Translations under genes and position numbers: made by a program | DNA from: Camelus dromedarius | Lineage: Eukaryota | NCBI RefSeq assembly: GCF_036321535.1 | Contig: NC_087436.1 | Location: 121,956,001-122,020,000 of the forward strand | Direction: 5' to 3' | Length of the DNA stretch: 64,000 nucleotides | In this document: piece by piece, positions 49,930 to 60,900 of the stretch | Layout of the letters: each line of letters opens with the position of its first letter | How positions within the stretch are numbered: the stretch's first letter is position 1 | Notes under the pieces: generated by a model | The model's database searches: none | Seen by the model: the letters and a program-made list of their open reading frames with translations, nothing else | What the model was told of the DNA's origin: nothing

Positions 49930-52900
49930 CCCAGAGCAAGAGACCTATGTGACATTCCGAAAAGTCTAACGTCCACAACTGGAATCAGGAGGAAGGAGTA
50001 GAGGAAACGAGTAGAAATATTATTCAGAGGACTAATGGCCAAGAATCGTCCAAAATTGAAGAAAAAAACTTTGCCCACAGATTCGGGAGGCACAAGAAAA
50101 CTACAAACAAGATGAACACAAAACGCGACAGGTGTATCACAGTGAAGTTGCTGAAAAGGAAGAAAAGAATCCTAGACCCAGCCGAGGGGAGGAACATGTT
50201 ACTTTGAAAAGAATGTAGGGTTGACGACTGTCTTCTCAAAAGCCACGGAGGCCAAAAGGCAACGAAATGATCTGTATTTTAAATGCTGCTCCTGAGAATA
50301 GTTATAACCACCAAAAATCCTTCAGAAATGAAGGTGAAATAATGAATTATTCAGAAACACAATTCTTCAGAAAACTATTCAGAAAGCTGAAGAAAATTTG
50401 TTAGCAGCAGCCCACACATTAAAAAAAAAAACACAACTAATTGGAGTTCTTCCAACAGAGGGGAAAAGTCTGAGGTGGAAATGTGGGAGTTCGGGAGAGA
50501 CTTAAGCACCTGGTGTGGGCATAAGTGAACCTGGACGGCGCTGAACAGCCGCTGCCGTGTCTCGTGCGGCTTCCGTTATACGTGGTGTAGTTTAGCATTT
50601 GAAACTAAACTCAGTATTTTGCTGTATTAATTTCTTAAAAAGGAAGAAAAACCAAATCATTTTGAAAGTTACAGAAAAAGAGTTTGAAAAATGTAACACC
50701 TATTTTATGATGAAAACATCTCTTAGCAAATTAGAGATAGAAGGGAGTTTCCTTAATCTGATAAAAGATGACACACGTGTGCACACACGTGAAGCTGGGC
50801 CCTTATCTAACATCATGTAAGAAAATCAACTCACAAAAGAATCGGGGACCTAAATGTAAGAGCTAAAACTACAAAACTCTTACAAGAAAACATGGGACAA
50901 AAGATTTATGACATTGCTTTCGGCAGTGGTTTCTTGGACACAACACCAAAGTCACAGGTAACAGAATAAGAATCAGACAAATTGGACTTTGTGAAAATTT
51001 CAGAATTCTGTGCATCAAAAGGCAGTATCAACAAGAGTAAGAAGGCAATGCATAGAATGGGAGAAAATATTTGCATGTCATGTATATGATAAGGAATTAA
51101 TATCTAGAATATAGAGAGAGCTCCTAATACTCAGCAACTAAAAGAATCTGATTCAAATGGGCAAAGAACTTGAACAGACATTTCTCCAGAGAAGATGTAC
51201 AAATGGCCAACAGGTACACGAAAAGATGCTCAACATCACGGTCAGGGAAGTGCAAATCAAACCATAGCGAGATAGCCCCTCACGCCCGTGAGGGTGGTGC
51301 TGTCAGAGAAATGGAAACAGCAAGTGTGGAGAGGACGTGGGGAAGTTGGCACTTTCGTGCACTGTTGGTGAGGATGGAAAATGGTGCAGGCTGCTGTGGA
51401 AAGCAGTATGGGGGTTCCTCAAAAAATTGAAAACAGAACTGCCAGGTGATCTAGAAATCCCCCTTCTGGGTTTATACCCAAAAGAACTGAAGGCAGTACC
51501 TTGAAGAGATACTTGTAACCCACATTCATAGCAACGTCATTCACAGTAGCTGTGAGACATGGACATCACCATGGCAGGTGAATGGGCAGGCAAAGCATGG
51601 ACCATCCATGCAATGCATATTACCCAGCCTTAAAAAGGAAGGAGATTCTGACACCTGCTATGACATGGGTGGGCTTTGAGGACGTGCTAAGTGAAACAAG
51701 CTGGTCACAAAGAGACAAATAATGTATGATTCCAGTTGCACGAGGCCCCTGGAGTCTTCAGAGCCACAGGCGCAGAAGGCACAACGGTGGTTGCCGGGGC
51801 TGGAGGGAGGAGAGGCTGGGAGTTACTGTTTAAGGGGTTCAAAGTGTTAGTCTTAGAAGATGAGAGAGTTACAGGGAGGGATGGTGGTGATGTCTGCACA
51901 GCAATGTGAATGTATTTAATACCACTGAACTGTCACTTAAAAATAGCTAAGTCCGTCAGTTTTATGTTATATGTATTTTATCAAGTGAAAGATTTAAATA
52001 TCGTCTGTAATGATGTCAGTAAGCGTCAGTTACTAACGCATAGACCTGAGGGTGTCGAAGACCTCCGCTGAAAGTTACAAAGTGTTTTTGACATAAAAAT
52101 TTAAAGACCTACATAAATAGCTATTCCATCTTCAGGGAGTGTAGAGCTGAAAATTGAAAAGACACCAGCTATTCTCATTAATCTGAGAACCTGTGAATTC
52201 AAAGCAGCCTCAGTCAAAATCCCAGGAGGCTTCTTTTCTTTCTTTCTCCTGGAATTGACAAACTAAGTCTAAAACTCATGTAGAAACACCACGGACCTGG
52301 ATGAGCCAAGGAGAAGATCGCTGAAGCAGAAGGACACAGGAGGATGTTACTGATCTGTTCTACGCTCGACGGCCTCGGGGTGGCTGTCACGAGCAAGGCT
52401 GGTGTGGCCAAACTGGTGAACGTGTGTGCGCGCTTCTCTGAGTGTGCTTCATACACAGCGGACACTGCTGGACACGCTTCCTGTCATAAAGCCGCAGTCG
52501 CACTGGCAGAGGTGAGCGCTGAGCATCCAGCAGACTGGGGGTCTGGAAGCAGACCGTCGCACACGCGCTTCCCTGACTCACAGCAAAGGTGAAAATACAG
52601 AACAGCGGAGAGTGGTTGGTTTTCTCAATGAATGGCTGAATCAAAAAGTATCCATATGAGGGGAAAATGTGTCTGGATCCTTAACACAGTCATAGAAAAC
52701 ACCAGTTCTAGACAGATTGCAGACACGAATGTGCGAAGTGAACCAGCACTTTCAGAGGGAAAGGTCGAGTGCATCCTTATGACCTTGGCGTAGGCAGAGG
52801 TTTCTTAAACAGGGACAAAAGCACGAACCGTAAGGAAAAAATGTGACGCCTTGAACTTTGTTAAAATGAAAAGCTTTAGTTTGTCACAAGACACAGTGAG

Positions 52901-53400
52901 GAGCGTGAAAAGGCAAGCCACAGGATTGGAGACCACATCCAACTGACAGCTCAAATCCAAAGTGTATACAGAACTCCTACCCATCTGCAAGAGAAAGGCA
53001 GATAACGCAACAAAAAAAGTGGGCAGAAGTCTTGAACCAGCACCTCGCAGAGATGCTCTGCCAGGGCCAGTGAGCATAGGAGCCGGTGCGGACTCCCTGA
53101 GCAAGCAGGCCAAAGCCATGTCAAACCACAGCGAGTGCCCCTGCACACACACAGGAAGGGGCGACGTGGAAAAGACCAAGTGCCCACCCGGCGCAGAGAG
53201 GCAGAACTGTCAGCGAACACTGGGGCTCTCAGTGGGGACACGCCTCTCGCCGACACTCAGCATGTGCACTTGCAGATACACACCCACGTTCCCCAGGAGA
53301 GGTGCTCACAGCTGTGGTCCCGGCAGCCAGGGCCCATCAGGCAGAGAAAGGATTCAGAGATAAATTGGGTGTGTTTCCACCGTGAGACTGAATGATCTAC
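49930..53400 (+). mobile_element. Composite L1 block: old L1M ORF1/ORF2 remnants with a nested L1MB-like 3' segment (~50820-51985)
   Basis: ORF1-like aaatattattcagaggactaatggccaagaat; ORF2-like KLEIEGSFLNLIK; inner copy [23 protein letters not shown] ending ttttatgttatatgtatttta; ORF2-like sequence resumes after ~52050. Confidence 0.8.
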
Positions 53401-53422
53401 AGCTACCGTGAATCTCACCAGA

Positions 53423-53601
53423 CAGGGTTGCCGGAGCTAACAGAGCAAAACAGCAGAATGTGCAATTAAATTTGGATTTCAGATAAACGGTAATACCGTG
53501 TGAGTGTCAGCACTTACTCTAAAAAGGATTTGTGCACTTAAGCGCATTTGCTGTTTGTTATTCTAGTGGAACTGGATGTCCAATGTTTCCTTTGGCAACT
53601 C
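53423..53601. mobile_element. MER53-like palindromic hAT MITE
   Basis: Ends cagggttgcc / tggcaactc; internal aattaaatttggatttcagataaac. Confidence 0.7.
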
Positions 53602-53944
53602 CACGACTATGATATTGGCAAACCACATGCCTCAAAAGAGCACAGATTGCAAATTCCCGTCCATCTAGAGATAGTCAGGGTGGTTGCGGTGGCGGGGTGA
53701 CCACAAAGGGACGAGAGGGTGCCTGGGACCCGGGTCAGCGCTCTGTTTCTCCATCTGGTCGTGTCTGCGTGGGTGTGCTCAGCGTGTGGAGGGTCATGGC
53801 TGTGCGGGAGCATTTAACCGGGCACTCAGTCCTCAGGCCAGCCTGAGCTTTTCCCAGCAGGGAACAGTGTGCATCGGCCTAGAGGACCTGCTTTAGGCTC
53901 ATCCCAGTCCTTGTCATTAAATTCACTCCATCTCGGACATCTGG

Positions 53945-54190
53945 CTCAATGCCCCCTCCTCCAGGAAGTCTCCAGACTAAGCTGGGCGCCCTGCTGTGCC
54001 TTCCTTCCGGCAGGCACTGTCCTTTGCTGCCATTGCCACTACTGTCATTTAGTCTTCACTCATAAATATCTGTTTATCATCTGCATCTTCTTATGTGACC
54101 CCCACGGGCAGGGGCCACACCTGCCCTCTTCCTGTGTATCAGCCAGTGCCTGGCACAGACAGTGCCCGCTAATATTTGTTGGACCAAAGG
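53945..54190 (+). mobile_element. L2 3' end fragment
   Basis: cctcctccaggaagtctcc...agtgcctggcacagacagtgcccgctaatatttgttgga. Confidence 0.65.
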
Positions 54191-54313
54191 ATGGAAATCT
54201 GTATGTAAACTAACATGTATTTTTTTCACTCCTAAAACTTTTTATTACTGCAATCATCAAATCCCTAAGAATCAGGGTTTTTCCTGTTTTCAGCAAGAGG
54301 TTTCAGAATCTCA

Positions 54314-54425
54314 AAAAAGAAAGAAAAAGGAAAAGGAAAATAGCTCAGTGGCAGAGTACATGCTTCTTAGCACGCACGGCGTCCTGCGTTCAATCCCCGG
54401 TGCCTCCATTTAAAGGAAAGGAAAA
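54314..54425 (+). mobile_element. Vic-1-type SINE with 19-bp target-site duplication
   Basis: A-box tagctcagtgg, B-box gttcaatccc; flanks aagaggtttcagaatctca (54295) and aagaggttttaggatctca (54426). Confidence 0.85.
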
Positions 54426-54695
54426 AAGAGGTTTTAGGATCTCATTTGTAGCAAGAGCCCATCCTAGAATCACAGTCAGCCACCCCAATCTGCTGTCTTC
54501 CCGACCCCACGCGTGGCCCGGGGACCCCTAGGGACACGCCTCTTTCTGTAATGGACGAAGCAGGTGCTGAGTGAGGTTAATCACACTGCAAGCGCTGGAT
54601 GCCTTGTTGCTTCTCACCTGGGGCCGAGCCCACTGTGGGGGGTCTTGTGTGGCCTTTGGGACCTACAGTCTTGTTTTCTGTCTTGACCCGTGTAG

Positions 54696-55988
54696 GGATT
54701 TGCTGCAGACCCTGACAGAGGAGGAGCTTCACACGCTGGAACGGAACCTCTGCATTTCTCAAGACGTGGAGTTCCCCATCAGGGCAGAAACCCAGGTGCC
54801 CCCTGCCCTGGCGCCCACCTTCCCCGCGCCCCTGGCCCCGGAGGAGCCACTCTCAGCCAAGGCCAAAAACGCAGAGGCGGATCTGGCCTGCTCCATGCAA
54901 TACGATGACCAGGAGCTGGAGCAGCTCAGCCGCATGGTGCACAAGGCCGGGGACGAGATGTCCTCCCTCCTCTCCCCGCCCAGTGCCGGCCAGTCCCCTG
55001 CACATGGGCCAGGCGCCGCGGGCAGCCCCTGCGGGCAGGCGTCCCCGGGCGGCGCGCGGCCGCCGGGCAGCGACGAGGAGGAGGGGAGGGTGTTCTTCAT
55101 GGACGACGTGGAAGGGGCGGCAGAGGCCCCGGGCAGCCCATCTGGGTGGGCGGGCAGTGCCAGGGCTGACCCCCAGCAGAGAGGGCAGGCCGGAGGGAGC
55201 AAAGAGCTGGGGGGCAGCAAGCCCGCTGCTGCGGAGGGGGACCTGAGCGACAACATCGAGGGTGACAGAACGTGGGCAGTGGGCCCCAACCTCTGCAGCT
55301 GCCTGGACTCCCAGCCGCACCTGGATAGCTGGGAGGTGAGTGTGGATGAGGCCGAGACGGCCGAGCTGATCGCCCACCGGACAGGGGGCATGAAGCTCTC
55401 GGCCACGGTCATCTTCAATCCCAAGTCATCCACCTCCTCGGACTCTGTCCCTGCCAACTCAGAAGCCCCTGGAAAGAGCGTCTCCCCCTCAGAGCCCAGG
55501 GCCGAGGGGACGGAGGCTGGCTCCCACAAACTCAGCACCACGGCCACCACCTGCCTCCTGAATTCCTGCGTGTGCTGCGGGGGCTGCGGGGGCAGCAGGG
55601 AGGACGCGGCCGAGAGCCTGCGGGGCAAGGGCAGCTCAGGCAGCGTCATCAGCTCCTCCTACGTCGGCTTGGCCAAGGCCAGTGCCAAGGACTCGGCTGC
55701 GGGGCTGTTGGAGGCCCGGCCTGCCCCAGAGGCCTTGCCCACGGGCACCCCAGCCCCCCTGCCATCAGAAGACGCCCCTAACAGGCAGGATCCCAAAGCC
55801 CCTACTTCCAACAAGTGCCTGGCACACCCCTCAGAGCCCCATGTGGACGCAGCAGACCGGCTGCCCGGAGCGGGCGATGGTGACGAGCAGCAGAACGAGG
55901 CTGAGTGCCTGCGGCCCTCGGTGCCTGGGGAGGAGAGTCGACTGGGAGGGGCAGCCGAGGAGGAGCCCCAGCACCTGCCGGGCTCCAG
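54696..55988 (+). CDS. ZFYVE28: ZFYVE28 exon 8 (1293 nt, phase 2-2), large mostly low-complexity linker exon: DLLQTLTEEELHTLERNLCISQD...EEEPQHLPGS
   Basis: Acceptor ttttctgtcttgacccgtgtag, donor CAG|gtaaga; accounts for the 473-aa ORF 54571..55992; recognisable LST2 blocks CSMQYDDQELEQLSRMVH, RVFFMDDVEG, IAHRTGGMKLSATVIFNPKS. Confidence 0.95.
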
Positions 55989-56929
55989 GTAAGAGGAGTC
56001 CTCCTCTCGTCTGCAGCTTGTCAGGCCTCCTGGGCCCAGTTGCCGCTTCCAATGGAGAGGTGTCCCCAGGGGCCCTGCCGCCCTGTTTCTGGCATTGCGG
56101 GCACATTTCAGGTGGGTGGGCATGGTGCCCAGCCCTCGGTTCACTCCCTCTCGCCACCATAGTGTGACGGCGTGTGTGGACTGGGCCATGGCGCCCACCT
56201 GACCCGCGTGGCTGCTCACGTGGGCCGCAGTCAGCTGCACAGACCCTCAGCCCTGGGCGTGCCACCCTGGGGGCCCTGGTGGGAGCCCGAGAGCCACTCA
56301 GGCAGCTTCCCGGGCAGCGCAGCCAGGCGACGCCCTCTTCTCCCTGCCAAGGCAGCGTAGCAGGCAGGGCGGGCGGGGGCTCTGCGGGACCCCGGCATCT
56401 CCGCGTCTCAGACTCAGGGCTGCTCTTCCTTCCCTGCTCCCCATGCCCTGGGCTCACCCTGGGTGAAGCAGATTCAACCAGCATCGACCCAGCACCCCCA
56501 CGTGCCCCTGTCCTGGACATCAGGAAAGGGGGCGGGGCCCAGCCTTGGGGACGCACGCGGGTGTTGTCCTGTCCTCTCACCCAACCCCGCCTGCAGGCTC
56601 CCATCCTGGCTTCAGCTGTGTCCGGCAGGACGTGGGAGGTTGGGGAGGGGAGGGGCTCCACCTGGAGGCTGGACAGGGCCCCTGCCGGAGCCATGGGAGC
56701 TGGGCAGAGGGGTAGTCAGCAGGGTGGGGCTGGGGAAGGGGGCTCCACACCTGGGGGAAGGGGTCTCTGGGATCCACAAGGCTGTGTAGCCGCTGCCTGC
56801 TCCCCGGCCAGGTCCTCCGGGCAGCGTGTGTAGGAGGCTGGCTGGGGCCCCGTGGGTGTCGGGGCTGCCCTTCACCTGCTGAGCTCTGAGGCCCTGCGCA
56901 GCCTTTCCTGGGTGGGACCTGGAGTCACT

Positions 56930-57390
56930 CCCTAGCCCCTGGAACCGCTAATCTGCTTTCTGGCTCCTTGGACTTGCCTGCGCTGGACATTTCCGACAAA
57001 CAGGGTCTCTCGCTGTGGGACGCTTTGTGTCTGGCTTCTTTCGCTGAGCATCACGTTTTCAGGGCTCACCCACGTCTATCAGGTGCTGGCTGAGTAAGAG
57101 TCCACGGTGTGGAGGGACCCCGTTTTGCGCATGGGCTGATGAGCGTGTGCGTGGTTTCCACTTTCCGTCATCATGGGAGTGCCGCTGTGCACATCTGCTC
57201 ACATCTGTACAAGTTTCTGTGTGGTCATGGGTTTTCCATCCCTTGGGGGTCTGTCTGGGAGTGGGACTGGCGCATCACACGGTGCCTCTGTGTGCACTTT
57301 TCTGGGGAGCTGTCTGCTCCCCCGTGGTTTTCTCTCCCTGGTCATGCGCAGGCTTCCAGGTGCTGCACACCCTCATGGCACTTGTTGTCT
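56930..57390 (-). mobile_element. Old L1M 3' fragment, antisense
   Basis: ccgctaatctgctttctggctc...ctggacatttcc...tttgtgtctggcttctttcgctgagcatcacgttttcagggctcacc. Confidence 0.75.
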
Positions 57391-57746
57391 AAGATTGTTT
57401 CAACAGCTCTTTTACCTTTGGACTCTTTTGACCTTTGGACGTGTCCCACTGGAGTATACAGCCAAGCGACTGCTTCCAACTCACTTCAAACCATTCTCTC
57501 TGTGGGTCGTGCCCCAGATTTTGCCCACAGTAGGTTAATTTGTTCCATTTGGCATAAGATGTATAGAGATTGCCATTTGCATTTATTTTTATAATTATGT
57601 GAAATGTTTGCGTGGTTCCCAGCAAAACGTGCAAAACAAGATGCACCCGGAGAAATCTGTCCCTTCCCCCCAAACCCCCCTCCCCTAGAGTGACAGTTTT
57701 CAAGTTGCTTCCAGTTTATCCTTCAGTTTTAAAAATAGAAGCAAGA

Positions 57747-57931
57747 GTGTGGACCCCCCTGACGTGTGCTCCCTCCCGTCCCTGTGTGGACCCCCCCCGA
57801 CACGTGCTCCCTCCCGTTCCCTGTGTGGACCCCCCCGACGCGTGCTCCCTCCCGTCCGTGTGGACCCCCCCCACGTGTGCTCCCTCCCGTCCCTGTGTGG
57901 ACCCCCCCGACGCGTGCTCCCTCCCGTCCCC
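57747..57931. repeat. Minisatellite, ~35-39 bp unit GTGTGGACCCCCCCGACGCGTGCTCCCTCCCGTCCCT, 5 copies
   Basis: Directly visible tandem array. Confidence 0.93.
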
Positions 57932-60900
57932 GGCAGGGGGCTCATCCTGCAGACTCTCTTCTCTGCCTCGCTTTCCTGACTTCAGCCTGAAGGCCTGTCC
58001 ACGTAGTTTCTACAGATGCCCCCATTGTCACTTTTGGCCGCATGGGAGCCCACTGTGTGGCTGGACCGCTGTGCAGTCAGGCCCTGCCGCTGGCCTCGGG
58101 GCTGTTTCCAGTCCTGCCTTGGCAGACAGCGCCGCCACGAACGGCCGTTCTCGACGAGGCCGTTGTTCTAGGTGCAAGCCGAGTGGCATCAGCCAAGTGC
58201 AGTGGAACAAGTTCTAAGGGGCGGCTTTCTTCCTCAGGACTTCTGACCCAGCGGCCCAGAGGTGACTGGTAAGTGAATCATCTTTCTGCAAGGCTGATAT
58301 GAGGCCATCACAAATTCTCTGACAGGTTACGTGCATTTTTCCGGTTTTTGACCTGTCCCCCCTTCTCGCTCTTTGTCCAGGTGACAGCCGGGGGACACCT
58401 CCCTACTTTGTCTGGAATCGCCTCCTGCTTTCCCGACACGCCCCCCCCGTGGACACTGCTTGTTCACATCATGTCAGCAGCTGCCCAGGCCTCCTCTGGC
58501 TTAACACAAACGCTGAGCTGAGCTGAGAAGAGGAAAGGGCCCTCAGGCCACACCCGGAGGCCTTGGGAGACACTCCCAACCTCCAGGAAGGTGGTCTCCA
58601 GGAAGCGCTGAGGGTCTGAGGAAGGAAGGATGTGGCACTTGGCCGGGTGATCAGGGCAGCCATGCCTTCGGGCCAGGACCGTGGACAGCGGCGTCTGGGG
58701 CCCAGTACTGCACCAGGAGCAGCTGGGAATAGGTCAGCAGATGGCGCCTGTCCCCTCCGCTGGCAGCACGTGTATCAGGAGCCCTGTTCGTTCGTTCATT
58801 CATTCATTCATTCACAGTACATGCGGGTTCCCGGGTGCTGAGCAAGGTGCCAGAGACACACCCAGAAAGAAGGCAGAGGTGGCCCGACCTCTTGGAGTGT
58901 GATCGAACATGAACACAGAGGGGACAAAGCCATATGATTGAAACAGACACGAAGACCAGCCTTACACAGGCGGAAAGTTCCCCAGAACTCAGATGGCACG
59001 ATTCCTGGCATTGGTTGGCGGTCTTGGCAGCACCTCTGGCGGCTTTTCCTGCGGAAACAGCCGGGCCGGTGTCAGGTGCAGGTGGCCGCCTTCCCTTTGG
59101 CGGAGGAAGAGCCGGAGCCCAGGAGAGGCTGGTGCTCCCCTTGGCTCCAAGTGCCTGGGAGGGCTGGTGTCGCCCTTGACCTTCTGCCCAAGCAAGAGCC
59201 CATCTGCTCTGTGGCAGTGCACTTGGTCATCACTCGGTTGTGAAGAGCTGTCGTCCTGATTTGACCATGAGGCCTGCCTGTCCATCAGGGGCCCCTGTGG
59301 CGCCTGCAATGTGCTGCATGGAGGAGTGACTTGCAGGTGTGGCCCTGCGCTCGTGAATTTCTGGCCAGAAGTGTGAGTCAGGCAGGTGCAGCTCAGACCT
59401 CTGTGTCACCATCGGGCTGGGCACCATGCAGGGAGTTGTGACTAAGGATCTGCTTGTGGGGCCAAGGTCCCTGAGGACACCCAGAGCCGAATCTCCCACT
59501 TGAGCATCGTACCGCCTGCAGGTGAGGGCCAGGGCTGCCGGAAGGACAGACACAGGGCAGGAGGTGGGGCCCGGAGCAAGGGCCCAGCCGGGAGAAGCGC
59601 CTCCCCGCCCACCGCGACTCTGCCAGACCCTGCCGTCAGCCCGCTGCACACAGGCTGTTCCAGCAATACTGTTGCCCAAGGTGGGGACATGTCACCCCGG
59701 CAGAGTCCTGGGCAGAATGTTCCAGAACCAAGTGTCCTTCAGCTCTTTTCTTTTTATCGCCTTCTTTCTTACCTTTTCAATGCTCGAAGATTAATCTTTT
59801 TTGGGGGAAAGTTGGCATCTTTTAGAAGCGTGCTGTTCACCGTCTGGACTCACCTCATCATCAGAAACTTCCACACTCTCGAGGCCCCTGAATTGCTCTC
59901 TTGTCCAGGAGACGGAAACTCGCCCTGTCTCAGGTCAGCTTCGTCCTTTCTGTGGACATTTTACTAAAGGGTGTGTCCAACCTTCCGCTTGCTTGAAAAA
60001 ATAACACGGACTCTTTCCTTTAGTTATAGTTGTGGCCCGTCCACTGCAGAAGCTCACAGAAAAATGAAAAAGAGAGAAAGAAAGCAAAACCATTCCAAGT
60101 CCCATGAGCAGTTTTACAGTTTTTCTCACTGAATGTTATTTTTGGATCATTTATCCGCAAAATCCATTAAAAACACAACTCCCGTAGACTTCTGTCTGTC
60201 CTGAGGACGTACGCTCATTTGTTCTACCTTTTCCCTTTTCCACACTTTTTCCATGTCCGATTAGCCATGTGTTCCCTCGCCCTTACGGTTCCATATCTGC
60301 CTCTTGGATGATTTTTTGGAGCCCACCCTTAGGAGTGGAGTCACCCCGTCTTCCTCAGCGGGGCCCCCCACCCCAGCTCTGGCTGCCCTGACCTGAGAGG
60401 CAAGTGGAATTGGCTGTGCGGTTTGCGTTTCTCCGATGAGGGATGTCCCGGGGCGCTGCCCGCCACGTCTGCTGCCTGCGTCCTTCCGTAAGGTGGCTCT
60501 TCCCGTCCTTTCTCTGTTTTCTGGTGGGGTTTTCGTGTCTTTCTCACTGACGTGGAAACGTCCCTTCTGTCTGGAGTGTCGGTTGCAGGTAGCTTTTCCC
60601 AGTTTGTTATTTGCCCTTTGGTTTTATTTATTGATGCCTTTTGATTGGTGGGTGTCTTTAATTTTGTTTTGTGGAATTTGGGTTCTCTGCTTTCCCTTTT
60701 CCTCCGGTTGGTTTGTGGCTCTGTCCCTCCTCACCCCAAGCCCAGGGGCTGTTCCCTGGGCCTCAAGCTGGTGTCCCAAGGTTGCCTTTCCCCGTTAATG
60801 CTGCATCCCCCTGCTGCGTAGTGAGGTATGAGCCCGTTTTCAGGGGTCCAGGCCGCCTTGCCCTGTGAGACTGTCTCCACCCATCAGAGGGAGCAAGGCG

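Noticed and set aside
54338..54410. tRNA gene
   Set aside because: A and B boxes present, but degenerate, with a SINE tail and TSD: a tRNA-derived SINE
54571..54695. N-terminal part of the 473-aa ORF
   Set aside because: Intronic read-through upstream of the acceptor at 54695; starts at GTG
54759..55649. 296-aa antisense ORF
   Set aside because: Shadow of GC-rich ZFYVE28 exon 8 on the opposite strand; no independent gene signals
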